From: Bacteriovoracaceae bacterium
GTDB lineage: Bacteria > Bdellovibrionota > Bacteriovoracia > Bacteriovoracales > Bacteriovoracaceae
DNA length: 64,000 nt
Reading direction: 5' to 3'
Assembly: GCA_023701435.1 (NCBI GenBank)
Contig: JAMPXB010000002.1
Coordinates: 48,171-112,170 of the forward strand
A program made the position numbers and the translations under genes. Below, in pieces: positions 25,745 to 35,093 of this stretch. Position 1 is the stretch's first letter. Each line of letters starts with the position of its first letter. The notes beneath the pieces were generated by a model that worked only from the letters and a program-made list of their open reading frames with translations, made no database searches and had not been told where the DNA came from.

Positions 25745-26695
25745 ATGAAAGTGTTCTGGGCCTTTATCCTTCTTGTCATTCTTTTAGGTGTTTTGAGAGT
25801 GGCCTCACCTCATATCCTTCGCAACTATGTCAATAAAACAGGCGCCGACGATAGAGGATATACCTATCGGGTAGCTGATTTAGATTTCAAACTATTAAAA
25901 GGAGAGTTTTATATTAAAGACCTGAAGGTTTTTCATAAATCCTCATCTGTTAATATAGTGGCGGCCAATCAGTTGCAAATTAATGTCGATTGGCGTGAAA
26001 CTTTACAGGGAAATAAGATCTATGAGGTGCATGGTGATGTCATCGATGTCTTTTTATCTAAGCAAATAATTGAAGAAATAAAGCGTATAAAAGGAGAGGC
26101 GAAACAATCATTCGCTCAAGATGTTTATCTCAATAAAATTACCGCTAAGGTGGACCGCTTTAACTTAAAAGAGTTGGATAATGAAGACACACGGACCGTC
26201 CTGTCTTTAACCGATGTGGACGCCACAGTAAAAGATATTGGTCTGGGTAAAGTTTACGACAAATCAGATTTCACTCTAAAGTCCAAGATTGCAGAGGGTG
26301 GAACATTTAATCTGACCGGTAATACAAAAAAACAGGACGGCCTTGTTTCATGGGTTGTTAATGGGAGTCTTGCCAATATCCCATCAACAGTATTTGAAAA
26401 AATGGCGGGAGAAAAATATGCCATTGATTTAGAGAAAACGAATGTAGATGCAGTCATTCTTGCGAAGTCTGAGGAAGGTATAATTGAAGGGGAGTTAACT
26501 TCACGTATTGAGGACTTCAAGTTCAGTGAAAGCAAGAGGCAGGGACTTATTAAGAGGGGCCTAGCAAAAATTACCAATGCTCTTTTGAGGGAAAAGATAG
26601 ATGAAGACGGAAGCCTGAAATTGAATATCCCTTTTACTCTTAAAGAAAACTTATATCTGGATGTGCCTGAGACACTAAGAAAGCTTGATAATTAA
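25745..26695 (+). CDS. Membrane-anchored hypothetical protein (DUF748/AsmA-like N-terminus)
   Basis: Start trimmed to MKVFWAFILLVILLGVL (N-terminal anchor); the remainder is soluble and beta-rich. Confidence 0.5.
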   Translation: MKVFWAFILLVILLGVLRVASPHILRNYVNKTGADDRGYTYRVADLDFKLLKGEFYIKDLKVFHKSSSVNIVAANQLQINVDWRETLQGNKIYEVHGDVIDVFLSKQIIEEIKRIKGEAKQSFAQDVYLNKITAKVDRFNLKELDNEDTRTVLSLTDVDATVKDIGLGKVYDKSDFTLKSKIAEGGTFNLTGNTKKQDGLVSWVVNGSLANIPSTVFEKMAGEKYAIDLEKTNVDAVILAKSEEGIIEGELTSRIEDFKFSESKRQGLIKRGLAKITNALLREKIDEDGSLKLNIPFTLKENLYLDVPETLRKLDN

Positions 26696-26710
26696 GATTT
26701 GACAAAAAAA

Positions 26711-26731
26711 GCCCCGATTCGCAATCGGGGC
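26711..26731. terminator. Hairpin flanked by an A-run and T-run
   Basis: aaaaaaa-GCCCCGATT-cgc-AATCGGGGC. The T-run is on the minus strand, so it most likely terminates the 26885..27955 gene. Confidence 0.55.
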
Positions 26732-26884
26732 TTAACCATCAGTTATCCGCTAATCATGAAGCTCGCAACAACATAACTAACTTGAAATATTTTTATCATT
26801 TTTTTGCATTTTTCAGAATCATTCTCGCAAGCTGTTTGCCTCATTTTGTAGCAAACCTTTGCAACATGAAAATTATACCTAACC

Positions 26885-27955
26885 TTAAGGAGAGGCAATA
26901 CATCGAACAGAACCGACTTTTCGAGAATTATTAAATTCAAGTCCTGTGCTACCATCAGTCCCATAAAAAACGTGAGCAAAATTGGCATCAGCAGTTTCTG
27001 TCCAGAACCAGTATATTTCACCGTCCCCATACATATTTGGAAGAACTGAAATGATGCGATAAGAAACATCCAAGTATTCTTTCATTGTCGGAAGGCGCCA
27101 CTGTGCCTTTAAAAAGCCCAGTTCTGATAAGGTTGTGTCCTGACATGTCCTTAAGGCCACAAAATAATTAACTCTAGATGGAAGGCGGTCACTCCATAAT
27201 AGGCCTGTGTCGAGGTCCTTATAGACTTCCTTTAGGTCTTTGGTTCTAGTCACCAGGACTAAGCTCTTAACTGGTTTTTTTTGAAAAGAACAATTTTCAA
27301 TCCTCTCACTTATCGTTCCTTTCAAACCGCAAGGTCTCTTACTGGAGTCTGGTCTTTGTAGAGAATCATTTATCATACGATCCACTAATGTTTGATTGCC
27401 GTTTATGGACATAATATGGGCGGTAAGTTGTCTGGACTTTACCGATGAATTCTCGTCCAAGGCCTTTCTTCTGATGGAATAGATCGCTTCGTGGATAATT
27501 AACGATGCCTTATTCAAATTATCGAGATGGTCATAAATTTCCTGAGAAACAATCAGCAGACCATCATTTGTATAATTGGCGAGTTGCTCATATTGGCAGC
27601 CTTTTTTCTTGATGACTGGAAATGCATCTTCCGTAAGCTCAAGTTCATTGCCTTCTGGAATAAAAACAGTGTTCAATCTGATTTGATTAATTTCTTTTTG
27701 TAGTTTATCGTTAAAGGCCATGTTTCCCATAGACCTATGCTCGGCCACAGAGAGAAGAGCATCTACGACCAATTCATCTTTTGGATATTCGAGCTTATGG
27801 ATGATACGACCTTCATAAATATCAAGAAGCTCCGCGGATGTGATTAGTCCCTGGGTATTACGGCATACTAAGGAGTACCCTCCGTTTCCCTTGTCTCCGG
27901 CCATAGCGGTCAGGCACATTGTCATCATACCTGCAGCTAAGAAATATTTAAACAT
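26885..27955 (-). CDS. Secreted protein with C-terminal DUF1566 (Lcl C-terminal-like) domain
   Basis: Signal peptide MFKYFLAAGMMTMCLTAMA. C-terminus is LLWSDRL..WRLPTMKEYLDV..YWFWTET..GSVRCIA. Confidence 0.65.
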   Translation of the reverse strand: MFKYFLAAGMMTMCLTAMAGDKGNGGYSLVCRNTQGLITSAELLDIYEGRIIHKLEYPKDELVVDALLSVAEHRSMGNMAFNDKLQKEINQIRLNTVFIPEGNELELTEDAFPVIKKKGCQYEQLANYTNDGLLIVSQEIYDHLDNLNKASLIIHEAIYSIRRKALDENSSVKSRQLTAHIMSINGNQTLVDRMINDSLQRPDSSKRPCGLKGTISERIENCSFQKKPVKSLVLVTRTKDLKEVYKDLDTGLLWSDRLPSRVNYFVALRTCQDTTLSELGFLKAQWRLPTMKEYLDVSYRIISVLPNMYGDGEIYWFWTETADANFAHVFYGTDGSTGLEFNNSRKVGSVRCIASP

Positions 27956-27964
27956 AACTTGCCC

Positions 27965-28750
27965 CTAGTGCATCTTTTCATTTGTTTTAGTCAAAGGGTA
28001 AAACTGGATTGCTAATTGGTAGACTTCCGTTCGCTCGCCATCCTCAAGAAGAGCGGCCATCTTCTGACGAAATTCTCTGATAATAAGTTTTGCTTCTGGT
28101 AATTTACTCAGATCCAATGCCAAGGTTGAAGAAGAAAAGTCACGCAACTCAATGGCAACCTGTTCAAGCTTCTCTTTGCCCATCTGTAGAGTCTCTTTAT
28201 GGGACTCACGCAGTGCCTGGCTGGTAATATCTTCTGTTGTTCTGATATCGGAGTGGACCTTGCAGAGTTTTCCATCTTTACCAATTTCGAGTAGTCCACA
28301 GACCAGCAGGTTATTGATCACTACTTCTGTTCGGTTGATGGTTAGATCAAGACGATGGGCCACTTCTTCTTTGGTTCTCTTGAAATCTTCCAGATTAAAA
28401 AGTTCCAGAAGGGCATAATGTTCCCATTCAGCAATAATCTGATAATAGGATTCATTTAGCATCAGACGATCATCTATATTGTTTATTTTGATTAGATCTA
28501 GTGCTGACTTAGTGCGAGTTAGACTTTCAATAAAGAGCGTTTTTTCTTTAGGTCCAAGATTCAGTTTGGCCGCGACCGCATTGGAATCTTTTAGGGGCAA
28601 TGGTCTCTTACCCTTTATGATTTGGCTCAAAGTGGCCGGATGAATGCCTACATCACGGGCATAGGCCCGCAGGGAGTAATGAGGATTGTTCCTCTGCTTA
28701 AGAGAAAAATCTTCTTTAATCTTAGTTAAGTAATAGGCCTGTGTGCTCAT
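27965..28750 (-). CDS. TIGR02147/DUF4423-like HTH protein
   Basis: Start trimmed to MSTQAYYLTKIKEDFSLKQRNNPHYSLRAYARDVGIHPATLSQIIKGKRPL (family-typical N-terminus with HTH). The track start 28843 is a TTG. Confidence 0.6.
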   Translation of the reverse strand: MSTQAYYLTKIKEDFSLKQRNNPHYSLRAYARDVGIHPATLSQIIKGKRPLPLKDSNAVAAKLNLGPKEKTLFIESLTRTKSALDLIKINNIDDRLMLNESYYQIIAEWEHYALLELFNLEDFKRTKEEVAHRLDLTINRTEVVINNLLVCGLLEIGKDGKLCKVHSDIRTTEDITSQALRESHKETLQMGKEKLEQVAIELRDFSSSTLALDLSKLPEAKLIIREFRQKMAALLEDGERTEVYQLAIQFYPLTKTNEKMH

Positions 28751-28912
28751 GGGTGGAAAATAACATAAGTTGGGGCCCAACAAGCAGGGCCGTGTAAACA
28801 ATATGTAGCAGAACTTGGTCCATGTAAATTTTACAGGTAACAATCATAGGTACCCCCATATTTATTACATAGTGACTGTTTTTAAATGAGTAGCTGGCCT
28901 AATACTAAGGTC

Positions 28913-30322
28913 ATGAAAATATTAATTCTCTTTATTTGTTTCCTAATCACTACTGGCGTCCAGGCAGATCAGATAAGACTGCTTCGGGATGATAGAGACG
29001 CCCTTCAGGCACGGGTCGATATTATTCAAGAGGCCAAAAAAGAAATCCTGGTTGAATACTTTTCAGTTTGGAATGATGACCAATCAATTGGAGTTATGGC
29101 CCTGTTGATGGCCGCCGCTAAACGTGGTGTTAAAGTTAAAGTTATTCTCGATGCGCTCTCCAGTGATGTCCCTCTTAAAACCTTTGCTGCTTTAATTGAT
29201 GAAGGCAAAGACAGTGAGGGAAATCAAAACCTGGAAATAAAAGTTTATAACCCTTTAAGTCTTAATCTTTTTAAGGCCACACATCGAGATCATGCCAAAA
29301 TGATTATTGTTGATGGCGAAATTATCATCACCGGTGGAAGAAACGTTGGTGATAAATATTTCGGAATTAATAGAAAGAGGAATTTTAGTGATTTGGATTT
29401 AATGGCCACAGGGGCCGTCGCCGGTTCCGCCTGGCAAAACTTTATGGAAACGTGGGAATCCAAAACAACCAAACACATGAAGCTTTCGAAGTATTCTCCC
29501 GCAAGACTGGAAGAAGGATCTTGCTCTAGACATGGGCCGAAAGATACCAGCTTTGATCGCTGTGAGAATGGCCGAAGAGTGGCAAAGAGGAATATAGAAA
29601 ATGAAAAAGCAAGAATTCATGCCATCCTGGAAGATATCCTTCTGGTAGAGGATGATGACCTGGTTTATTCATTTACCGGTTGGGACTGGTTTGAACACTC
29701 ATATGAGAATAACAACTTGAGGTTCATATCCCATGGCACTGCAGACCTTGTCAGTAAAGAGACTGCTTATATGAATGATGCCCTGATGGATATCATTTCC
29801 AATGCCCAATATGATGTGAATATTATTTCACCTTATCTTATACCGACCGAAAACTTAGTTAAAATTTTCAAAGTACTATTGGAGAAGAATGTCCGGATTC
29901 GGATTATCACCAATTCACTTAGGTCAACAGATAATCTTTTTGCTCAGGCCGGTTATCGTGAGATGAAACCGCTCTTAATTAAAATGGGTGTGGAGATCTA
30001 TGAATATAATGGTCCTGATACCATTCATGCTAAAACGGGCCTGATAGACAATAAAATTGCGTTTATTGGAACTTATAATATTGATCCGCGATCTGCATTT
30101 ATTAACCGTGAAATTGGCGTCATTATTAATGATTTTGAACAGTCAGGTTTTACTGAAAATTTAAGTGATACCATTGAAACCTTTCGTTTGAATGCTATTC
30201 TCGTTGGCAAGGATGGAAACACATATAATCAGGAATACGAAATGGAAGGAGTCTCCAGGTTTAAGAAGGCCATTTTAAAATCAATCTCTTACATTTTACC
30301 CTGGATAAGACATCAACTTTAA
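28913..30322 (+). CDS. Secreted phospholipase D-family protein 1
   Basis: Start trimmed to MKILILFICFLITTGVQA. HKD motifs are HAKMIIVDGEIIITGGRNVGDKYF and HAKTGLIDNKIAFIGTYNIDPRS. Confidence 0.85.
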   Translation: MKILILFICFLITTGVQADQIRLLRDDRDALQARVDIIQEAKKEILVEYFSVWNDDQSIGVMALLMAAAKRGVKVKVILDALSSDVPLKTFAALIDEGKDSEGNQNLEIKVYNPLSLNLFKATHRDHAKMIIVDGEIIITGGRNVGDKYFGINRKRNFSDLDLMATGAVAGSAWQNFMETWESKTTKHMKLSKYSPARLEEGSCSRHGPKDTSFDRCENGRRVAKRNIENEKARIHAILEDILLVEDDDLVYSFTGWDWFEHSYENNNLRFISHGTADLVSKETAYMNDALMDIISNAQYDVNIISPYLIPTENLVKIFKVLLEKNVRIRIITNSLRSTDNLFAQAGYREMKPLLIKMGVEIYEYNGPDTIHAKTGLIDNKIAFIGTYNIDPRSAFINREIGVIINDFEQSGFTENLSDTIETFRLNAILVGKDGNTYNQEYEMEGVSRFKKAILKSISYILPWIRHQL

Positions 30323-30454
30323 ACTTCAGAGATAATTTAGTTCAAAAATCACTTGGATATTTATAAAATCTTCTTAAGTCCACGGCCCATTTAGAAGAAA
30401 TTCAAAATGAGTTAGCAAGGAATGAAGAAATTCAAACCTCAAAAACGTGGATGA

Positions 30455-30486
30455 AAAACGGTCATCTTAGGATGGCCGTTTTTTTT
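30455..30486 (+). terminator. Rho-independent terminator of PLD 1
   Basis: aaaacggtcatc-ttag-gatggccgtttt followed by a T run. It lies inside the N-terminal extension of ORF 30451. Confidence 0.7.
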
Positions 30487-30588
30487 GTCCTTTTCGGTTC
30501 GGCAAAAAGTTCCTGTCTTGGTGGTAAAAAAGACCAGTGCTTTTGGCAACACCTTTCCAAGGTAAACTATTACCGGGAAGGGATTTCG

Positions 30589-32103
30589 ATGAAGCAATGG
30601 GCCTTAATACTAACACTCATTTTGGGAGGAGCAGCGATTGCTGTTCTCTCTGAGAAAAATGATGTGGCCCCCTATCGTAAGATCTCCAAAGAAAAGCATG
30701 ATATGAGAATAATCAATTCGGGCATGGCCTCTTTATATGCCCGGGTAGATATGATCAGAAGAGCTGAAAAAACCATTGATCTTGAATCTTATATATTCAA
30801 CACCGACAATGTTGGAAAAATCATTTTAAAAGAACTAGCGGCGGCGGCAAAGCGTGGAGTAAAGGTCCGCATTCTGGTAGACAAGTTCTTTGGGGTCTTT
30901 AAACTTGATGAGTATTATGCTCAGGGACTAAAAAAACATAATATTGATGTTCGCTATTACAATGCCTCGTCTATCTTTCAATTCTCCACTTTTCAATCAA
31001 GAAATCACCGTAAACTCATGGTTCGGGATGGTCAGGAAGCCATCACTGGGGGACGCAATATCGCTGATGAGTACTTTGATCTTTCAAAGGAATTTAATTT
31101 CCTTGATCGAGATGTCACAGTTGAGGGTGAAATTGTTAAAACGATGAATGAAAGTTTTAATCGTTTTTGGGATTCGCCCCTGACACAAATTCCTCCAGAT
31201 GAAGTGGAACCGCCGGTCAAATCAAATTTTATGAACGAAGGGTCCGGTGATGATTTTCATTATGAGCAATTAGTTAGAATACATAATGAGAGCACCAGGG
31301 AAGCTGCTGAGGCCCTGGAGCCGAATGAGGAACACGATAAGATCCTGGATTTTGCCATGGATGAGGGCAAAAAAATGTTCCTGGCAAACGGCAAGTATGA
31401 ATGTCCGGAAGTGGCCTTTGCTTCAGACAAAGAAGGGGCCGGTTTTTTTGAAAGACTGAAACCCAAAAAATACGATAAGAACTACCGTCATTTGCGCCGG
31501 GAAATTATGAACTGGATGGAAGAGAAGTCCGTTCCTGATGAGGAGATGATTTTTGATACTCCCTATTTTCTACCCAACAAAATAAGTGAAAAAATTGCCA
31601 AGTTTTTAGAACAAAGAAGATCCAAAGTATCAGTAATGACCAATAGTCTGGCCTCAACTGATGCTATTCCTGTAGCGACAGTTTTCAGTGACACCATCAG
31701 GCGTTTTACATCTTTTAAAAACTTCAAGGCCTATGTCTTTAAAGGACATTCTCCTGAAGAGACCAAGATGCTCAGTGAAGATGTTAAAAATTCTACTTGG
31801 GGGACTCACTCCAAGTCGGTTGTTTTTAACAATGATTCTTTTATGGTGGGCTCATTTAATATGGACAACCGCTCAAGCTTTTATAACACCGAATTATCCA
31901 TCTTTTGCAGCGGTAGTGAGACCCTTACAAATGATGTCAAAAATAATATAAAGTCCCGAATGGGTAGCAGCCATAGTCTCAATAGTGAAGGGGAGATTGA
32001 AGATGAGTGCGAGGACCTGAATCCCAATGGATTGGGCCCTGTTAAAAAGGCGCTTTATTGGCTTCTAAAAATTCCCAGTCATCTTATGCAGTCACTTCTT
32101 TAG
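30589..32103 (+). CDS. Exported/anchored phospholipase D-family protein 2
   Basis: Start trimmed to MKQWALILTLILGGAAIAVL, downstream of the terminator. HKD motifs are HRKLMVRDGQEAITGGRNIADEYF and HSKSVVFNNDSFMVGSFNMDNRS. Confidence 0.8.
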   Translation: MKQWALILTLILGGAAIAVLSEKNDVAPYRKISKEKHDMRIINSGMASLYARVDMIRRAEKTIDLESYIFNTDNVGKIILKELAAAAKRGVKVRILVDKFFGVFKLDEYYAQGLKKHNIDVRYYNASSIFQFSTFQSRNHRKLMVRDGQEAITGGRNIADEYFDLSKEFNFLDRDVTVEGEIVKTMNESFNRFWDSPLTQIPPDEVEPPVKSNFMNEGSGDDFHYEQLVRIHNESTREAAEALEPNEEHDKILDFAMDEGKKMFLANGKYECPEVAFASDKEGAGFFERLKPKKYDKNYRHLRREIMNWMEEKSVPDEEMIFDTPYFLPNKISEKIAKFLEQRRSKVSVMTNSLASTDAIPVATVFSDTIRRFTSFKNFKAYVFKGHSPEETKMLSEDVKNSTWGTHSKSVVFNNDSFMVGSFNMDNRSSFYNTELSIFCSGSETLTNDVKNNIKSRMGSSHSLNSEGEIEDECEDLNPNGLGPVKKALYWLLKIPSHLMQSLL

Positions 32104-32974
32104 TTTTTAATTTTTTCCTGAAATCGCCTGGTGTGATCTTTTTATGGTTTTTAAAAAATCTGGAAAAATAATTTGCATCCTGGAAACCTAATTCATGGCC
32201 AATCTGTGCGATACTAAGCCCTGAAAAGGCGAGATAGCGCTTGGCCTCCATAATGAATCGTTCCTGGATTAAAAAACGAGGAGATTTTCCAAACGCCCGG
32301 GAAACCTGCATGGTCAAGGCCTTCGGAGACATTTTGAGTTTATTTGCATAGAATTCAACCCGATGTTCTGTTCGAAAGTGCTTTTCTACCAGCATTCTGA
32401 ATAGTTCGGGATTGGTAAATGTCTTTTTTTGTTCTACTTCAAAGATTTGGCCTTCTCTTATTAATTGAACCATGAGCCCTGAGAGATAATTTCTGAGGCA
32501 TATATCATGTAGCTCTGCTTTTTCCTGAAATTCCTCATACATGACCTCTGCTATTTTAATGATGCTTTTATGGATATTACTTCTTTTAAAATTTAAGACA
32601 TCTGGGAGGAATTGGATGCGATTAAGAAGGTCTGTTTCTCCAAAGTTTTCCACTTGAAGAGACTCACGGTTAAATTCAATGATATAACCATCGATGCTTT
32701 TGTTTAGGTTCCAGGAATGGACCTGGCCGGGCTTCATGATGAATATTTGATTTTCTTTGATGCTATATTTTTTAAAATCAATTTGGTGTTTTCCGCTCCC
32801 TTTGGTCACCAGCATAATCTGGAAAAAATCATGTTTATGTGGGAATGGGACCGCGGGAATGATACGAACCGGGATTTTCTCTACTCGGATCCCGCTCATG
32901 GTGACTTTTAATATTCCGAACGATTCAATTGAATGATGAAGGTCTTTAATGTTTTCCATAAGGGATTTTAACAC
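32084..32974 (-). CDS. AraC-family transcriptional regulator (cupin N-domain)
   Basis: C-terminal LSIAQIGHELGFQDANYFSRFFKNHKKITPGDFR. Confidence 0.85.
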   Translation of the reverse strand: MLKSLMENIKDLHHSIESFGILKVTMSGIRVEKIPVRIIPAVPFPHKHDFFQIMLVTKGSGKHQIDFKKYSIKENQIFIMKPGQVHSWNLNKSIDGYIIEFNRESLQVENFGETDLLNRIQFLPDVLNFKRSNIHKSIIKIAEVMYEEFQEKAELHDICLRNYLSGLMVQLIREGQIFEVEQKKTFTNPELFRMLVEKHFRTEHRVEFYANKLKMSPKALTMQVSRAFGKSPRFLIQERFIMEAKRYLAFSGLSIAQIGHELGFQDANYFSRFFKNHKKITPGDFRKKLKTKEVTA

Positions 32975-33074
32975 TTTTTGAGAAGTTTGTGCTATTTATT
33001 GTGACGATTGACTCTTATCCAACTGCAGAGAAATGGCTATAATGGATGTTTCATAAATGTAGGGGTCTGATATC

Positions 33075-33794
33075 ATGAAAATATGGTTTATACTGTGTAG
33101 TTTAGTTTTTTCTACAACAACTTTCGCTGCAGAATGGGTCATCAATAAAGACCATTCTGAAATTCTCTTTAAAGTTGATTACCTGAATGTTTCTGAACTT
33201 ACCGGACGTTTTTCAGAATATTCTGGAAAAGTAGAAATAGATGATAAAAGTGGCCTCCCTAAAAATATTACGATCACGGTTCTAACTAATTCAATCGATA
33301 CTGGTCATAAGATGAGGGACAATCATCTTTCAACCAATGATTTTTTTGAGTCACGGCAGTACCCTGAGCTTATATTTAAGAGCTCGGATATAAAAAATGT
33401 TGGAAATAATCAGTTTAAGGCCAATGGTGTTTTGACTATCAAGAATGTTAACAGACCGACATTGATCACTTTTTCTTTGACCGACTCAGTTACTGATACC
33501 TGGGGTTACGAGAACAAGTTTGTTAAATTTCAGTCAAAACTCAATCGTAGAGATTTTAAACTGAATTGGAACAAAACCCTGGATAATAATAAGTACTTGG
33601 TGGGAGATGAAGTTTCATATTGGGGAGTCTTCCAAATTCAGCCTAGCAAGGCCCTGACGCCCTCTAGTAAGCATATGCTTCCAGATACTGAATATATCAG
33701 ACAAAGAGAAGACAAACTTCGAAAAGATAAAACAGAGGCCAAAGACGAATCGGCCTTTTCAAAAAAATTAAGGAACCTCATTAATGGGAAATAA
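33075..33794 (+). CDS. YceI-family periplasmic protein with charged C-terminal tail
   Basis: Signal peptide; WVINKDHSEILFKVDYLNVSELTGRFSEYSGKVEID..SIDTGHKMRDNHL..FFESRQYPELIFKS. Confidence 0.85.
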   Translation: MKIWFILCSLVFSTTTFAAEWVINKDHSEILFKVDYLNVSELTGRFSEYSGKVEIDDKSGLPKNITITVLTNSIDTGHKMRDNHLSTNDFFESRQYPELIFKSSDIKNVGNNQFKANGVLTIKNVNRPTLITFSLTDSVTDTWGYENKFVKFQSKLNRRDFKLNWNKTLDNNKYLVGDEVSYWGVFQIQPSKALTPSSKHMLPDTEYIRQREDKLRKDKTEAKDESAFSKKLRNLINGK

Positions 33795-34104
33795 TTTATC
33801 AGATAATAATCCTATTGATTACAAGACTCCCAATTCTCTGGCCGCCATTTGGAGCATGATGCTTCCCGGTCTTGGGCAATTGATGAAGGGACAAGTAATG
33901 CCTGGTCTTTTTTGGGCCTTCTTAACTGCCGGTGGCTATTTTGCTTACTTGTGGCCGGGGTTAACTCTTCATCTCTTGTGCGTTTTAGATGCTGCACTTT
34001 CAAAAGGTGATGGATCGTTTCTGGCGCTCAAAGGATGGAAGCAGAAATTAGGTTTCTTGTTCTTATTGGCCTTTTTGTTGGCCTATATTGTGTATAGAAA
34101 CTAA
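33784..34104 (+). CDS. Small membrane protein
   Basis: Three hydrophobic helices and an MLPGLGQLMKG motif. It overlaps the yceI-like stop by 11 nt. Confidence 0.5.
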   Translation: MGNNLSDNNPIDYKTPNSLAAIWSMMLPGLGQLMKGQVMPGLFWAFLTAGGYFAYLWPGLTLHLLCVLDAALSKGDGSFLALKGWKQKLGFLFLLAFLLAYIVYRN

Positions 34105-34166
34105 TTTCAAAATTAGCCATTTGCGTTCATAATAGAGTGGTCTCATTTTTTAACGAAGGACCACTT

Positions 34167-34592
34167 ATGAATTTCTTTAATCTCATTCAAACGACACCAG
34201 AAAAATCGACGGCCGATGAAACTGCTATGACTATTCTTCGAGTTGCAGCGGGTCTTATGATGGCCTTCGGTCATGGCCTGGGGAAGCTTCCGCCAAGTGA
34301 TGGTTTAATTTCGGGAGTAACGGCATTAGGTTTTCCCGCACCTGTTCTCTTTGCCTGGCTTGCTGCTTTGGCAGAATTCGCTGGAGGCATACTTCTGGCC
34401 CTTGGTTTTTTGACTCGTTTTAGTGCTTTCGCTTTGGCTTTTACCATGCTCGTTGCTGCTTTTGGCGTCCACCTTGCGGATCCATTCAAGATTAAGGAAC
34501 TTTCAATCATCTATCTGTTGATTTATGTCCTTTTTATGATTCGCGGAAGTGGACGTTGGTCAATAGATCATTTGATTTCTAAAAAATCTTAA
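34167..34592 (+). CDS. DoxX-family membrane protein
   Basis: Start trimmed to MNFFNL after a GAAGGA SD. LRVAAGLMMAFGHGLGK..LAEFAGGILLALGFLTRF. Confidence 0.8.
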   Translation: MNFFNLIQTTPEKSTADETAMTILRVAAGLMMAFGHGLGKLPPSDGLISGVTALGFPAPVLFAWLAALAEFAGGILLALGFLTRFSAFALAFTMLVAAFGVHLADPFKIKELSIIYLLIYVLFMIRGSGRWSIDHLISKKS

Positions 34593-34616
34593 TTGGTAAC
34601 TTTTTGCACCACTCTT

Positions 34617-34644
34617 AGGGTCAGTATATCTGGCCCTTTTTTTA
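34617..34644 (+). terminator. Rho-independent terminator
   Basis: agggtcag-tatat-ctggccct followed by T7. Confidence 0.65.
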
Positions 34645-34662
34645 TTCTCAGCACTTAAGTCT

Positions 34663-34679
34663 TGGCATCTCGTTGGCAT
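34663..34679 (+). promoter_or_regulatory. Candidate sigma-54 (-24/-12) promoter
   Basis: TGGCAT-ctcgt-TGGCA, with GG and GC at the consensus spacing (TGGCAC-N5-TTGCA). It lies 38 nt upstream of ATG 34717. Confidence 0.35.
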
Positions 34680-34716
34680 AGTCATCTTTAGGCAGATTTT
34701 TGGACAGGAGGTTCAA

Positions 34717-34971
34717 ATGAAACTTGCAACGATATCTTTTTTGTTCATTTTTTCAGTAATCGCAAAAGCTGATGTTCAATCACTTTCCTATAGGGATGCA
34801 ATCGTTTTAAAGAAAACTTATCTGTCAAAAAATATTCTTTCTTTAGATCTCTTAAAGTTACATCGTGATTTTAATTTTGATGATGTCAGAATGATTGCCG
34901 CTAGGAAATCATCGTGGAGTGACAATCTCAGGCAACGTCTTCAAGGTTCCAGTGGTAAATATCGCTTTTAA
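34717..34971 (+). CDS. Small secreted hypothetical protein
   Basis: Signal peptide MKLATISFLFIFSVIAKA; AGGAGG SD. Confidence 0.5.
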   Translation: MKLATISFLFIFSVIAKADVQSLSYRDAIVLKKTYLSKNILSLDLLKLHRDFNFDDVRMIAARKSSWSDNLRQRLQGSSGKYRF

Positions 34972-35093
34972 GTGCATTGCATTTCAAAATTATTGAGTTA
35001 ATCGGTTCTTATGGATTCATGTAGGAATGACTTTGTTAAAATGACATTGGGAAGACAGCTTAAATCTTAACCAGGAAATAGCTGATGATACCA

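Noticed and set aside
26743-27069. 108-aa minus-strand ORF overlapping the 3' end of the DUF1566 gene
   Set aside because: It lies in a different frame over a supported CDS and extends across the terminator hairpin, so it is likely spurious.
30451-30588. N-terminal extension of PLD 2 in the ORF track (MKNGHLRMAVFFVLFG..)
   Set aside because: The extension contains the rho-independent terminator of the upstream gene (30455..30486). ATG 30589 with its signal/anchor sequence is the plausible start.
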